From NCBI RefSeq assembly GCF_964204645.1, contig NC_134029.1, positions 23,740,950 to 23,804,949 on the forward strand: DNA of 64,000 bases. The letters are read 5' to 3'. The first letter of the stretch is position 1, and each line of letters opens with the position of its first letter. This stretch comes from Tubulanus polymorphus (taxonomy: Eukaryota; Animalia; Nemertea). The notes beneath the pieces were generated by a model. That model was not told the DNA's origin. It ran no database searches and saw only the letters and a program-made list of their open reading frames with translations. This document shows positions 45,001-58,378 of this stretch, piece by piece. Made by a program: the position numbers and the translations under genes.

Positions 45001-48000
45001 CCTTGAACCCGTTGAGTTTAACTAGAGCGATGTCTCTCAACATTATATCCGATATTTGCGCTGTGTGTGCGTGAATTTCGCGTGTTTCATTTGTTGTTAA
45101 TTCAGACGTAGTTCTAAAAGTTGATACGCTTTTATTGAGATTGAATTATAAGAATAATTCGTTGTACCAATTTTTTTTTAACGACAGGTTTTGAGGAGTG
45201 TCAGAGTGTGAAATTGCAATCAGGGGGGGGGGGGGGAGTTCGGGACTAGAGTCTCACATCCTACACAATAAACAACACATAAACTTATATGAAGAAAATG
45301 CAAAATTGTTGTATAATGATAATACTGAGTTAGTTATTAGTTATATCAGATGATTGATAGTTCGATATGGTTTGATTATCGAGGCATAATTAACGCAAAT
45401 GAAAATGGCAGGAGTTTCAATAATGATTCCAACATTTATCCAGGATTTTGCTCAATATTGAATAATGATGATTATCAATGATGTAATATTTTTCAGCGTG
45501 GTCGAGGGTTGAGAGAGAAACTCGCCGAGATGGAAACATTCCGAGATATTTTATGTCGTCAAGTCGACACGTTACAGAACTATTTCGACGCGTGTTCGGA
45601 GGCTATCGACGACGAGGGAATTCACGAGGGTACGTATTGATAAACGGATTCGGCCCGTAAGGGGTTAATACGTGATATTCCGCCCTAATTACGCCGATAT
45701 TACATCAAATATTGGCAGAATTTTTTGCGCGTATGTCGCGTGTACTTTTTATATCGGTTATTCTTCACAATGGAATGAGACTAGAAAGCATAGGCAGCGT
45801 TTATATGCATGAAAGACGATCTGCTGATTCTGAGACTTCACACGTAATGACATTAACAAAATTTACCCGTACACGAATATTTCTAATTGATCAGCTCATT
45901 ATTGTATACGTGTTTGCTGCTTACAAACGAACCACACCTGTCTGGAACAGGCAGCTCACAATCAGGATTCAATGTATGAAATAGATGATAAAGTAAAGCG
46001 CGTAAAAGATGATTGAATTTACTGAGTTTTTGGTGTAAATGGAAGTATATAATTCGGTGAACAATTTACCATCCTGCGTCGGTTTATTTTTTGACAGTTA
46101 ATTCATATGTTTAGATCGATGAGGAAATATGTTGATGAATCATCAATTAAACGCCGGTGCGCCAGTGTTTTCTCTCGCGTTAAATGAAATGAAAATAATT
46201 GAAAATCGATATAGAAAGAAAGTAAAACTGTTTAGATTGACGGCAAAAAAATGAATGATAAAATACCGTGTAAATGATATTTTCATTGTTTGTAAAAGGT
46301 GATCACGATGATATCGACGATGTTGATGATTTCGATTCGCCGGTGCCCCTCACGAGGATCGACGCGCGAGAAACTATCAGTCGAAAACTACAAGAAAATC
46401 ATAAAGATCACAAAGACCTTCGTAAGTATCTGCGTACGGTTTACAATTCAAGAGTGAAACTCCACCCTTCATTCAATAAATGAGTCAATGTTTCTCTGAG
46501 GGTTCAGCTAACCTTATATCCATAAGCGACAACAATATAAACTGTATGAATTTTTGGAGCCAGTGCATCTCATACTATTTCTCAATAGCTGAAGATTTTC
46601 TTTTTTTTTTTGCGATTTTTATAAACAGATTCGATATTCCAAAGTCATGGAGCGCAAGCGATCGATTTTAAAGGCGAATCCTATACGTTTAAAGCAACAA
46701 CTGCTGGTATCCTAGCAACACTATCGCATTGTATCGAGTTGATGAGTCAGAGAGAGGACGCGTGGAAGAAGAGAGTTGAGAGGGTGAGATATACGGGTTC
46801 CGTAACGCTGCGCTTTAAACAATCCACATCCGGGGAAGTTACGTTTTTGATTTTTGTTTTATAGGAAATTGAGAAGCGTAAACGAGTAGAAGATTTGTAT
46901 CGGGCGTCGATTAACGACAGAACGAAACCTCTAGTCTTAGGCGGTCCCGATTATGAGGTAAGCAATTGAAAAATACAAATTCATTGTCGTAATCCCGTCT
47001 ATACATATAGTGTCGCAGCTTTTAGTCAAGATCAGATCGGCCTTTGAAAATTGTAAGTACTAATATTTGTCATGTTTTGCTGCGTTACGATAGGAAGGTC
47101 CACATTCTGTTATGAACGAAGATGAATTTTTCGATGCGGTTGATGCAACTTTAGATAAAATCGATCAGGAAACTGATAGAGTAAGTGTTTAAATCAATTC
47201 GCGCTCGATCGTTCTATAATGAATTGTTGCTGATTTCGTCGTTTATATTCGTTCGTTAGAAAATTTTACAACTGACAAAACCGAAAGTGATCAAACCTCC
47301 ACAGACTTCGCTGTCACCAGTTCACCCGTTATATCAGGAGGTATGTTTTATCAAATATTATAAGCTGAATCAGGGTCCCTACAACTCCTTGAATCCTTGA
47401 AAACTCCTTGATTTTTGAATATATTTTTCAAGGTCCTTGAAAATCCTTTAATTTTGAGGAATATCCATAAACTCCTTGAAACTCCTTAAATTCTGGGAAA
47501 GTCCTATTAAAAATTTTCAAAAGGTCCTTTTCAAAAGACAGTGTATTCTATTATTCTTCATTGTGTGACTTGTGAGTGAAAGTTGTTTCACTTTGAGATT
47601 TAAAACATTTAAACATGTAAAACCAAAACGGCACACACAACAACTGATCAAAATTTGAGAAAAACATGGACTTGTTTTTGAATTTTCGACTTTTTTTCCT
47701 TATATGACCACGAAAACCTCCTTGAATTTTGAAAATCACTCCTTGAAAATTCCTTGCAAAGTCCTTGAATTCTGGATACCAGGAATTGTAGGAACCTTGT
47801 GAATTCAGGCTACGTTACTTGGAACGTTCTTAATTTAGTCCCTTCCAATTAAGAATGGACCAAGTATTCGCACAAGTGAAAAGTCATTTCTGAAATTAGT
47901 CCGTTACGTTTAAGAACAGACCAATTTAGACCGACCAAAAAGACCGATCCAGGTCCGTTCTAACGCACAGCATTGATTTAGTCAGTTCCGGGTATATGAA

Positions 48001-50077
48001 TAAGAATGCACTAACACGGATTAGCTCCTCAGTATCTGCAGGACTAGTTGTCTGTTTATGTACTGTCTCACTCACTTCGTTCCTGTAACAGCAGACGCGG
48101 GGCTCTCATGTTCCTAACAGGCTTAAGCAGCCTTTTGGTGGACATACCTTCAGTGTCTCAGCGGTATCCCTATGGAACTCTTTGGATGATAACCTCAGAA
48201 ACATTTCCAATTTTAATGATTTCAAATGAGCGCTTTAGATTTTCTTGTTCCTGCTTACGACCTGTGATAACTCGGTCCATGTGCTGATGATGATCATTGG
48301 CCACAATGAAATACGTAGGCGCTTTACAAATGTCACAGTTTATTTATGATTATAATTAACTAGTGATAATGTGAGCGTAGCAATAGTTTAAAATGTCTTT
48401 AACTGGTTGTAATGAGTAAACATGATTTCTATTGACAGATTCAGGACGTGGTCAGTGGACACATGCAATTCACTGACTTTGATCTCACTAGTTTCGAAGC
48501 TGCTGACTGGCAATTAATTGCCGAAGAGACTGATTTATGCGTTTACAGGCGAGAGTTAGAGGAAGATGGAATGATCGTAGATCCGTTGAAAATTGTATTT
48601 ACGATGAAAGGCGTAACGGGTCACGAAGTTTGCCAACAGTTCTGGGATGTAAATTACCGAACCGAGTGGGAAGGTGAGATATCTTACTGATACAAACTTT
48701 AGGGGTCTGTCAACCTTTTCATTCGTCTAAGGCCTCCTAAGACAGGCTGGTTCAGACCTGACTGCAACAACTATTTGAGAGTAGAACTCAACCGCATCCA
48801 GAAATATCAAAACATCATTGCTCTCATTTTTTGCGAAAACTACTATCAGATAGTCTGCTCTGCTGGTCTGTCAACTTGTTCATCAGTCCTCCTAAGATAA
48901 GACTGGTCTTAATACGTTAGATTTTTGTATTACCGAAATGGTCTCATCAGTGGAACTGACTTTAAGGACAGATTTCACGGAATGGGAATGGGTATCTCGA
49001 TTTTTATCTCTAGGTAAAATTGCTTAATCTAAGGTATGAAACCTTGGAAAATTCCCCGTATCGCTAGAGACTGTCGACTCAACGCGAGAGATTTAATCTG
49101 ATTGTAGGAACGCTCGAATCGATGAAGGTTATAGAATGGGTTTCAGAAGACACGGTTATAACATATCAAACGCATAAACGTATTTGGCCATCGACTCAGA
49201 GAGATTCGTTGTTTTGGTCGCATATCTGTAAGAAACAATGCGAACACGAGGATGACTCGGACACCTGGCTCGTGTGTAACTATACAACTAACCACGTCGA
49301 CGTACCAGTAAGTTTTATCACGCTATCGCAAGTTACTCCATCCTTATTTGCCCCATTCCTGGAGAGGAACTTATCAATGCTGTGCATTCATGAACGTTTT
49401 TAAATCAGCTGTAATTACTGGTCCAGCTAGACACAACACTGATTCACAATCAATTAAAGCTACCATGCACTAATGCAAAAGTTTGCACTTTTGAGGATGG
49501 TCAAAGTGCTACCTGTCTTCTCATGGTTCATTGATTTGACACCACAGGTTAACATGGCTCCTCTACAAGTCGGCTATTACACGATTATTAACAGAGTATC
49601 AGTTCTTACTGTTTGATTATTTGTTTTTCAGCCGAACAATAAATTTGTGCGTGTGAAGTTTAATATTGCTATGCTGGCTACGACTATCATCGATCCTCCG
49701 GCAGACGGCTCTGAAATCACACGAGATAATCTCACTTGTAAACTACAATATTCTGCTAACGGTAAGAAAAAAAGTACATTGTTTCTTCTAGCTCAGGGTC
49801 CCTACGACTTTTTGATTCCTTAAAAACTCCTCAATGAATTTTACTTTTAAATAGGTGCTTGAAACTCCTTTAATTTGAGCAATATGCCTAAAACTCCATT
49901 TAAACTCCTTCAATTTTTTTAGAAACTGTTTTTGTTGTTGTATTTGCAGTGAATCCTGGAGGTTGGGCTCCGGCTACCGTTCTCCGAGCAGTTGCGAAAC
50001 GTGAATATCCAAAATTCATCAAACGTTTCACCCAATACGTACGAGATCGATTAGATAACGCACCAATCATGTTTTAA
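39043..50077 (+). CDS. CERT1: Ceramide transfer protein (PH domain, serine-repeat motif, FFAT motif, START domain)
   Basis: 13 frame-consistent exons: 39043-39279, 41787-41903, 43343-43450, 45497-45629, 46299-46421, 46629-46783, 46865-46957, 47094-47180, 47260-47340, 48439-48673, 49108-49307, 49632-49761, 49950-50077. Motifs: [71 protein letters not shown]-terminal PIMF*. Confidence 0.97.
42220..42441. mobile_element. Inverted-repeat-bounded element in CERT intron 2 containing CCAAT, ETS-core and CRE motifs
   Basis: CCCCTTGACCTCGCGAG (42220) and TTCGTGAGGCCAGGGG (42426) form an imperfect IR. CCAAT at 42276 and 42337, TGACGTCA at 42388. Confidence 0.45.
47371..47799. mobile_element. hAT-like MITE with a 5-bp TSD and TCCTTGAA subterminal repeats
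   Basis: TGAAT|CAGGGTCCCTACAA ... TTGTAGGAACCTTG|TGAAT. A truncated second copy starts at 49794. Confidence 0.8.
48008..48355 (+). mobile_element. 5'-truncated L2/CR1-group LINE remnant (ORF2 C-terminus plus 3' tail)
   Basis: Translates with a frameshift and stops as [21 protein letters not shown].../[46 protein letters not shown]. This fits the typical L2 'GLAP.YL..LL..Y.P.R.LRS...G.R.FS.....LWN.LP..R......FK..LKT.LF' end. Tail: gcgctttacaaatg...tttatttatgattat. Confidence 0.8.
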
Positions 50078-50769
50078 CTCAAGACGCACTGAAAATCCAA
50101 GCCACGTGAAAATGGGAAACTCGCAACACCAGCTTCCCCCCCCCCCCCAGATGGCGTGGTGCGCACTTAGTCCACTAATCAGTTGATAATCGATCAACTT
50201 TAAACTGAATTTTTAGACTCCCGAATCCACACATAATCACAGGACCCAGTAATGAATTCATTATTCTACTCGGTGATTAAGGTATCGTAAAATCGATTGA
50301 TTTGAAAGTTCATTCGATTTTTAACTAGAATGTAGCAGAAACCGTTGCCCAAAGACCGAGTAGCTCGCTGCTACCAAAGATTAGAGATCCTCGCTTGCCG
50401 AAAGTGGATTCATCATCAGTGGTTCCCTATTGCAGTTAGTTTTGAATGTCTGATCATTCAGGCAGTGATGATACGTTATATGAGGGCATTGTAAATTCAC
50501 ATATTGTTAATTACAGAACTAACTTCATCTGATTGTATATTCATTTGAACGAAGTTCGGTTAATTTCGTCGTCGTTCCGAAGAAGTTGATTTATTGCGTA
50601 ATATCGTCACAATTATTCCGCCAATCCAAATTTTATCTGCTGTAAAAGATTTGCTCCGCAAAATTTCCCAATGTGAAACATTGTTTTGTTGATTTTGAAA
50701 ACTTCCTCCCGGCGCTGTGGTGAAAGCTAGTCATGTGTTCTAATCATTCCACTCCCCCATTCAGTGTAT

Positions 50770-50875
<106 letters not shown>

Positions 50876-53695
50876 ACATTGAATATCTTTACTTAGCTGT
50901 TAGCTTTAGTTACATATATAGAACTTTTTAGGAAACGTTTTACCTCAATTATTTCAGGGTTTCTTCAGGGATAATTGGGGCAGTCCAGAATTAGATTTTC
51001 TGTTGTGAAGATGAGAGACTCGTTGTTTGAGAATACGCTATCCATCGTCTAGGGAACTAGTGACCGTGGAATTCCGAGTTTGAAATCTGAGAATTCTGGA
51101 TGCCCCGATCTGTGGCAGCCCTACTCTTCCTACACTATCGGAAGTAGGTTCATCGTGAATTAAAGTTGAATATTATCCTTATACTTCCCTGCACCTTCAC
51201 TAATCCGTAGAGTACTATTTCATCGATATGTTTAAGATCTTTCTCATTCGTTTAAAAAGTTAAGTTAATGGAAAAAAGCTATAATTTTTTATTGTATAAA
51301 TATCAATACGTACATGTGATATAGAATAATGGATGTGATACATGTGTCAGTTAGATACTCGTACTTCCCGGAATACTTGCTGGTTATTATAGCTTCCTAT
51401 ATACTGTATTTGTTAAACAAACACCGCTATGTGTCATATGTTCCTTACTTTGCACAGAATGAATATCCACAATGTTGTAGCTTGTGTCTCGAAAGCGATG
51501 TGTTCATTTTTTTCAAAGTTTTATTGAATGAAACCTTATCGTCGAAAATGGTTGTTTTACTTTATTGACGCAGACAGAAAAAAAATGAAAATGAGAAACT
51601 TCACAAATTTTAATTGAAATTGCATGTTTTCCGCAGCTTGTCTCTCATCGAGAAATTTTTATTTCGATTGTTACAGTTTTTCAGTACAGTAGAATAGCCA
51701 CGCTCGCATGTAGAGGTTTTTCAGTTCAGTTACATGCGATACAAGGACAGATATTTCGTTTGTAAAGAATTTTTACGTGATTTATATTCTTCCGCTTGAT
51801 CGGTGATGATAAATTATTCTCGTGTTGTGCACGGATCGGATATGTTGTAATTTATATTTAATATTTATTTACGTGACTAATTGATATCGATGTTAAATAT
51901 CCCTCCAACTACACGTGTGTGAAGACTCCATCCATTATTTATTGTGTGCTACGCTGCTTGTCCGACGACGTTTTCTTATCCACAAATAATGCTTTGAATG
52001 TGTATTTGCTACTCGATTCTTTTTCTACTCTCGATATATTTTTTTGTTGCTACAACGCGTATATTTTGCAAGGTTATTAACAATTTGTGTCGTGATTAAT
52101 AATTTCATTCGTGTATGCTCCGAGAACGTACATGTACACTCGAGAAAATATCAACCATTTCAGTGCTTATTGAATCAAAACCGAATGCAAGCCTTCTGGC
52201 AATTATTTAATTTTGTATCTGCAACCGCTAATGATTTTACCGATATTAAAGGGTCCATTTGTATTTTGCTCATAAAATGGAATGTCTTGACGTTGTCACT
52301 CATCGGGCGAATCATGGATTCCAACAAAAACCAACTATTGAAACATACTTTTTGCTGAAGTTTATCCAAGAATACACTGTATACATTATTTCAGAAACGA
52401 TTGTAAAATTATTGTTTATAATATGAATATATGGAATCTTTTGCTAATTATTATTATTATTATTATTATATGTTGATAGATTTGTGTACAGTTTAAACGG
52501 ATATATAGAGATATAAGTGAACTATTTTTACTGATATACATATATTTAAAACAAACCACTGTAAATACACGTTGAAAACTGTGAGAAAAACTTTTATCGT
52601 TGTGAAAAATGTTGTCGAGTTGGTTCTATGTTTATTTGCCGAGAAGATTAACGTTTATATAGTGGAACCTCGTTATAACGAACTTCATGGACCAGAAAAT
52701 CTGTTCGTTATAACTGATGTTTTGTCTGGTATGGAATCCTATTTGAGACATTAAATTCCGGTCTTTTCAAAACTGATAAATTGTTATATCCAAAGTCTGT
52801 TAAACACGGTTCTGCTATAGTCAAGAAAGATTCTTGTGCATATGTGCTTCTTCACTTTACACTCAACTTCTGCGAGGAGACAAATCAAACGTTGACATTT
52901 CTTCCCAAAAATCATACGGATACCAGGTGCAACTCTATATTTTATGTTGTTTTGTTTGTCAAATTCTAGATCTTAACAGTTTTTCACGGTAAAATGCATT
53001 TGTTAAACCATTAGAAACATTAAATAAACTGCGAATAAATGATATCTAGCCCGCAGCACTTAATGTCATCTATGCAGCTTTCGGTTGAGAAAAACTAGCA
53101 ACAGACATGCAAAGATTTCTGAATACTATGAGATTATCTAATAGAAATTCTTCCTTGATGTAACCCGGTTAGCTGCAGTTACAAATTGTTCTTACTATGA
53201 TAGATTATCGGCCGATTGTGAAGATCCACAGAAGCCCAAATCTCACCGATATCCGATGTATGAAATCTAATTCACAATTTGTATTGGTCACAAAATATTG
53301 ATAGCTATGGTTGAGATATCGAGTAGTCAGGGTGGTGATATTGCACAATGGGGTCAGGGTCGTGATTCCTGCAGAATTGGAAAGAGAATGAAGTAGAACG
53401 TACAATAGATGTCATGTTTTTGTACATATGAAAAGAAGTAAATAAACAAGAAATATCTTCTCTACAAAAATTGGTATTTTATTTTTTCCGTAACGACTCC
53501 AAACCACTAACATAGAACCAGTGGGCAGCCACTGAAGTTGGCACGATCCCAAAGTCCCCACAAGGTACATACAAGATAAGGAAGAATTATTCCAGTTGAC
53601 ATGTCATGAAAAACTGGGACATCAAGTGAGAGGATTTATAGTTAACATGACACAAGTACTGGCAATACAAACACAATCAACTATTAGGAGTCCTG

Positions 53696-53805
53696 GGGCC
53701 AGTTTTAGACTGGTTTAACTTTAGCCCAGGCGCTATCAACTCAATGGAAAATTAATTGAGTTAGCCCCCCAGATTAAAGATAATACCAATCTATAAAACT
53801 GGGCT
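53696..53805. mobile_element. Harbinger-like MITE in the EF-Tu 3'UTR
   Basis: CTG|GGGCCAGTTTTAGA ... TCTATAAAACTGGGCT|CTG, with a 3-bp CTG TSD. Confidence 0.7.
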
Positions 53806-53931
53806 CTGTAAGCTCTGTGCAGCACTCTGCTTCTGGTACTAATGTAGCAAAACTCAAATGATACACAGTCTGGTAAAGCATGTCTCTAATTGACGATAAA
53901 ACGTGTTATCGAGATAAAAGTTACACGAGAA

Positions 53932-55401
53932 TCATTTCCTTTTAGATTTCGCTCGTTTGTTTCTGACGACGCCGGCGTTACTTTCAATTTTCATCGGTTT
54001 CTGTTTGATTTGATTAAAACCGATGATCCGTTCGCCGGACGCCTCTAGAGTTTTCGTAATCACCCCCGTTAAAGTCGTGATGTGGTTTTCGCGTACGGTG
54101 AATCTAAACCCGGGCGCGACGACCATCGGTTTCCTTAGCAACAATCGACAAGTAGCCGCTTCGCCGGGCATTATCATCATCCGATCGTCGGTCATCTTTA
54201 CGCACACTCCCATATCCCATAAACCGCTGTACATCACTTGCATGTAATTATTCATGATCGGTTTCGAGCGACCGCCTTCGGTTTTAGTCAATACGTAAAC
54301 TTGAGCTTCTAAATCTGTAAACTGCGAAAACGAACCGGGTTTACTGATATACATCCCGCGTTCGATCATTTCAGGACGAACGCCTCTCAATAATACGCCG
54401 ACGTTATCGCCGGCCATACACGACGCAACCGACTTACGAAATACTTGTAAATCACCGACGTTCGTCGAGATTTTATTACCGTGTCCTAAAAGTTCGATTT
54501 TATCTCCTTTATTTAGAACGCCGCGTTGTAAAGTACCGATAGCTACGGTTCCTCGACCGGGGACGGTGAATGCCGATTCTAACGGCATAAAGAACTCTCC
54601 GTCGATATCGCGATCCGGGGTCGGAACGTGTCGATCGACGGCCGCGATTAATTCCACTATCGATCGTTCTCCGATTTCGGGAGTTTTATCGTTTAAAGCG
54701 TTCAAAGCCGAACCGTAAATAACCGGAGTATTATCGGAATCGAATCCGTAAACATCTAACAAATCACGTATTTCGATTTCGACTAATTCCAGAGTCTCCA
54801 CGTCGACGAGGTCGGCTTTATTCACGTAAACCACCAGATGTTTGACGCCGATTTGTTTCGCGAGTAACAAATGTTCGAGAGTTTGAGGCATTTGTCCGTC
54901 GGTCGCCGCGACGACGAGAATCGCTCCGTCCATCTGAGACGTTCCGGTGATCATATTTTTGATATAATCGATATGACCCGGGCAATCGGTATGAGCGTAG
55001 TGTCTATTCTCAGTCTCATATTCCACATGTGTAGCGTTGATTGTGATTCCTCTTCGTTGCTCCTCCGGGGCTCGGTCGATGTCGTCGTATTTCATGAATT
55101 TAGAATTGCCTTTAGCCGATAACACTTTAGTTATTGCTGCTGTGAGAGTCGTTTTACCGTGATCGACGTGTCCTATAGTGCCGATATTACAGTGAGGTTT
55201 CCTATTGACGATGATATCATCAGTTTTCTGCGCTTTAACGTCAGAAGCGGCCAAAGATCGTCTTCCCAGTTGTATTTTTCTGAACTGTTGAACGGTTTTC
55301 GGTCTCACTTCACTTTCTAGAAGTCTCCCGGTGATTTTAGGGCCGCTAAAGCGAAGAATATTCGACCCAAAAAATAAAAATTTTCTCATCGCGTACGCCA
55401 T
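53932..55401 (-). CDS. TUFM: Mitochondrial elongation factor Tu, intronless, divergent EF-Tu2-like paralog
   Basis: 489-aa ORF with an Arg/Lys/Phe/Leu-rich N-terminal presequence. Motifs: [36 protein letters not shown], domain 2 VPGRGTV, domain 3 EGGRSKP...RFTVRE. Confidence 0.96.
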   Translation of the reverse strand: MAYAMRKFLFFGSNILRFSGPKITGRLLESEVRPKTVQQFRKIQLGRRSLAASDVKAQKTDDIIVNRKPHCNIGTIGHVDHGKTTLTAAITKVLSAKGNSKFMKYDDIDRAPEEQRRGITINATHVEYETENRHYAHTDCPGHIDYIKNMITGTSQMDGAILVVAATDGQMPQTLEHLLLAKQIGVKHLVVYVNKADLVDVETLELVEIEIRDLLDVYGFDSDNTPVIYGSALNALNDKTPEIGERSIVELIAAVDRHVPTPDRDIDGEFFMPLESAFTVPGRGTVAIGTLQRGVLNKGDKIELLGHGNKISTNVGDLQVFRKSVASCMAGDNVGVLLRGVRPEMIERGMYISKPGSFSQFTDLEAQVYVLTKTEGGRSKPIMNNYMQVMYSGLWDMGVCVKMTDDRMMIMPGEAATCRLLLRKPMVVAPGFRFTVRENHITTLTGVITKTLEASGERIIGFNQIKQKPMKIESNAGVVRNKRAKSKRK

Positions 55402-55729
55402 TGCTCGACGACCTTGAGGTGCCGAATTGACAACTTAGGTGGCAGCACCTTACGAACCGAAATAATTTATTTCCGGGTTCTGAGTGTTGTCAATGAAAAC
55501 ATGTTTTTCTGCTAAAAATATACTTCGTTTTTGTTATTATCGGACTGATTCAACGAAATTGGATAATTTTAACTAAGGTAAATCAGTTTAAATAAAAGAA
55601 TCGAGAAGACAAACTGTCATATCATATATGTCAAATAAAAAGACTTTTTGTCTTCTTGAGTCTGACTACTTCCTCTCAACTAATAAGTCTCTTATTCTCT
55701 CAGCCTTGTCCTATTTTTAGAGGATAGCC
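55402..55729. promoter_or_regulatory. Compact bidirectional promoter shared by EF-Tu and FAM221B-like, including a FAM221B 5'UTR intron
   Basis: ATGs are 328 nt apart and divergent. Plus-strand donor aag|gtaaat at 55577/8 and acceptor tttttag at 55720. ETS-type ATTTCCGG at 55469-55476. Confidence 0.65.
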
Positions 55730-58081
55730 ATGGATCCTAATCAGAAGAAGAAAGGTGCTGTTGGTGCTGGAGCTAAGTCATCAACAAAGCCTAAGGTAGG
55801 CATTATTTTAAATGACAACGCGGGCCAGAGCCGAGGGGGGCTTGTCACAAAATCTGGGGGTCGAAATTTATTACAGCAGTGTCCTGAGAACCACCTTTAA
55901 AAAAGAAGTGCTGCCTTTTCTTTTTTCATAGGTGGTAAATCTTTGATTTAGTGACGAGTCCCTGCTGGATTACAGTCCTGTTGTCGACCGCATACAAAAA
56001 GTAGAATCCTTTACATAATTATCTCATTCTGTTGGTCAAATTGTAGACTCAGAGTAAAGCTATTGTGCCTCGTCAGAGTGGAGCTGTTGCTCAGAAAAAA
56101 AGTTCAGGTCCTCTCGCGAAACCTGGGCCTGGAGATACAGTCCTATACGCTCCAAAAGGTAAGAAGATCAATTGGGGTAAAAAATTCATCGAGCTCAATA
56201 TGGATTCTACGATTAATACCGGTAGATGTATAATAATATAAACAGGGTATCACAGACGAGAAGTGAAACCAGCTGCGAATTACGATGTCGTTTCATTCGC
56301 GAAGGCAATGAACGAAGATTTCGGAAGCAAAGTGAAAAAACTGTTCGATCCAGAAGCAGAGGCAGCAATTGATGCACAGAAAACTGGTAAGAAATTAGGA
56401 AATAACTTTTTGCCCGAGTTACGGATAAATTCAATGTTCTATTGAAGTAACTGTAATTGTAATGTGCATGAACAAAAATTCATGAAGAGTTTAGTTTTTG
56501 GTATAAATGTTACTCGGTTCGGGTTTTATGTGAAGTATTTTTACGTCTAGGAATCTACATCGGCTGGAGGTGCAACGATTACAAACACGACTGTCAAAGA
56601 GTTGGAAAAAACTCTAAATGTTTCTGCGGTCATTTTCTCAGTGAACACAATAAATATAATGGTAAATATTAAACTTTCAAGAATCGGATTGATGAATTCA
56701 GGAATTTTCACATTTTTTCATATCCTTACAATTGATTTTTTTCGTGAAAAATACAGATTTTCCACAATTTTCCAAACAGTAGATCCATTTTAACAATTTG
56801 ACAGCAGCAGTAATTAAGATTATGAATATTCTCTAAATGCTGATTTCTAGGTCACAGCGTTCGTGTTCCATGCGTTCAAGCCGGTTGCGTTTGTAAAGGT
56901 TTCGACTTTATCCCGGCGCGACCTGAAGACGTCGGTGAATTTTGGTTTCAGCGCAGACGTAACTTCGACCCGAGCACCTGGCGTTGTAAATGTCGTTGTA
57001 AACACACTCATGAAGAACACGATCCTAACGGATTGAGACGATGTAAAGCACGAGGTATTTCGATTAATTCAGGTCTCAGAATTACACATCTGGAATACTA
57101 AGATATTTAAATCAATCATATATTAGTAATAGAAGATTTAAGAAGCCCACGATTACAAAATACTCATTTGATGAAGATACTTTTCATTTGAAGCAAAAAC
57201 TCATTTTTCTTAAATAAACTAGTTAAGATATAAAGTAATATCGTTTCTACATTTTACTGAAGTAAAACTGATAGTAGATTGACATGGCTCAAAGCATTTG
57301 AGTGATAATCATGGGTTTTTTCCAATCATATATTGTATGATTATGATAGACATTGTATTATAATGTCTATTATTGGCTCGAACTGATTTTCATATTAAAG
57401 GTTGTGGATGCAGTGTATTTGATTCCGCCTCTGTTTGCGCAGCTTGCGATCGACACACTCAAAAACATGAAACGTTCTTCGAAACGGCTGAAATCAGGAA
57501 ACAGAATGGTTTTCCAGTTGGTAAGTTTGGGATGTTATAGAAAATTCCTGACTCAGAATTATAACTCCCAGGCGCGGATCCAGGACGAAATCTTAGGGGT
57601 AGCACAAAATCAAAAGGGCAGGTAATATTTTAGAAGGGCATTATCCCCTTCAGATGCAATTTCCAAGCACTTGGGATTCTATTACCGGGTAAATAAAAAC
57701 ATAGTAATAATTTTCGGGGGCACATAGAAAACCTAGAGGGTAGCACGTGCCCCGTGTGCTACCCACTAGATCCGCGCCTGACTCCATATTTTCTTGACGA
57801 TATGGGATGAGTGTTTCATCAATGGTTGTAAAGCATTGAGAGATATTCTTCATGATTTCCTGATGTTTTCTGGTTTACTTGTAGGTGAAAACTATTTGCC
57901 ATTTGCTGAAATTCCAACATTAAGAAACATGGCTTTAACGGGCGAGGAAAGCGATGAATCTCAATATTTACGTCTGGTCGAAGGAGAAGGTTCGATTCCA
58001 GAACGTAAAGCTATCACTGGTAATGATGCTCCTGTTCAAGGTTACGGAGCCTCCAGTGGATTCCGTCCCGTTTATGACTAA
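55730..58081 (+). CDS. FAM221B: FAM221 family (DUF4475) Cys/His-rich protein, FAM221B-like
   Basis: 7 exons: 55730-55795, 56047-56158, 56246-56386, 56551-56661, 56851-57054, 57401-57520, 57885-58081. Motifs: GIYIGWRC..CQRVG..SKCFCGH.L.EH, FIPARPEDVGEFW, WRCKCRCKHTHEEH, CAACDRH...HETFFET, YLPFAEIP.LR. Confidence 0.88.
57569..57780. mobile_element. Intact hAT-like MITE with a 5-bp TSD
   Basis: ACTCC|CAGGCGCGGATCCAG ... CTAGATCCGCGCCTG|ACTCC (TIR 14/15). Subterminal GGGTAGCAC repeats occur in both orientations. Confidence 0.88.
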
Positions 58082-58120
58082 ATCTCTCCTGATTTCAATG
58101 TAACAATCTGACCGTGATTT

Positions 58121-58378
58121 CAGTAGACTCCGCTTGCCTCGGATTTCATGGCACCATATAATTCTCTCCAATTTCCAGGGCAGTAAATAATCAAAGACTT
58201 CGGGGTAAACAAAGTCTACTGTAGATATTCGACCCTGAGGCCGGTTGCGCAGTCATTGCTTAGATTTAAGACAAGTAAGAGACCATTTAAATTCTTATCT
58301 AATAACCAGTCTTGGATGAATTAAGTCTTGTCTATTCAACTGATAACTTGAGTCAAGTCTTGACTATGGAACTGGCCC
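58121..58378. mobile_element. Two adjacent MITEs in the FAM221B-like 3'UTR (Tc1/mariner-like 58121-58221; Harbinger-like 58238-58378)
   Basis: CAGTAGACT...AGTCTACTG|TA and CTG|AGGCCGGTT...AACTGGCCC|TTG. Confidence 0.65.

Noticed and set aside
53932-55401. Bacterial tuf acquired by horizontal transfer or contamination, suggested by the lack of introns
   Set aside because: It has a mitochondrial-type presequence and animal mt-EF-Tu features (KPHCNIG, VPGRGTV, W in domain 3), and it is contiguous with host genes and host MITEs.
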